Assembly (NCBI GenBank): GCA_964270895.1
Contig: OZ185441.1
DNA length: 64,000 nt
DNA from: Podarcis filfolensis
Taxonomy: Eukaryota
Direction: 5' to 3' (one strand)
Shown: piece after piece, positions 63,411-64,000 of the stretch
How positions within the stretch are numbered: the stretch's first letter is position 1
Layout of the letters: each line of letters starts with the position of its first letter
Translations under genes and position numbers: made by a program
The notes under the pieces: model-generated
What the model was told of the DNA's origin: nothing
Database searches by the model: none
The model's input: only the letters and a program-made list of their open reading frames with translations

Positions 63411-64000
63411 TCATATGCCTCTGTTCCTACTAACAAACACACAGCAGTGCTAGTTTTGCAATAAACATACTGCTTTCTCCAGAGCAATATGTGGATCCTG
63501 CTGAAGTAATTCAGCCTGTATCCCTTGATCCCACCAGTCAGTTAACTTCACAGAAATAGTTGAATTATTTGTATCAATTATCTCTGTATATATCAATTAA
63601 AAAAATAAACAGAATAGTCTTATCAAGGTCTTGGAAATATCCATTGATAATGGTCAGAATAAAAGTTATCATCAAAGATACTTTTTTAAAAAAATCAATA
63701 GCTCTGTGTAATATACCTCAGCTACCAGAATAACACAAAAATGTAGGTCCCTACATTCATTTAACTGATTCAGCAAAAGGCTTACTTTCATTAGATGGCT
63801 ATTTTTGGATCGCTTATTTTTGCCAGGTTTCATTACAAGCTAAATTGTGCTTTTTTTATAGAAGTAACATAGAGTTGCTAATGAGTTTGATGTCACCAGG
63901 ATAAAAAGATACTGAAAAGAAGAGCTTTATATTAAAGCTTTGATCTCTTAAGATGAAGCATCTTGGTTTATAATGCTATTTCTTCACAGGAATATGAACA

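Noticed and set aside
1-64000. CRISPR arrays, operons, rRNA or prokaryotic/viral systems
   Set aside because: None seen. The sequence is eukaryotic, CpG-depleted and TE-rich, with no repeat-spacer structure and no long ORFs.

Overview
Vertebrate genomic DNA from a squamate reptile. The repeat complement (Bov-B, CR1, L2, tRNA-derived SINEs, hAT and Tc1/mariner MITEs) resembles lacertid lizards, but the family assignment is an inference. I recognise no complete or identifiable protein-coding gene. The window looks like a large intron or gene desert: transposable-element relics and microsatellites interspersed with unique, motif-rich stretches that may be enhancers. The ORFs that read as real protein are TE remnants: the Bov-B ORF2 tail, L2 and CR1 ORF2 tails, an RTE-X-like LINE C-terminus with one frameshift, and a decayed Ngaro/DIRS-like ORF. 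There is a 201-N assembly gap at 33210-33410. The best non-TE candidates are a CpG-enriched putative first exon on the minus strand (42836-43110) and a well-bounded plus-strand 80-nt exon candidate (43889-43968). Other oddities are a hAT MITE collapsed to a 20-bp palindrome with its target-site duplication (TSD), two inverted Ngaro-like relics, and two inverted MITE pairs. I found no convincing evidence of a novel multi-component biological system.
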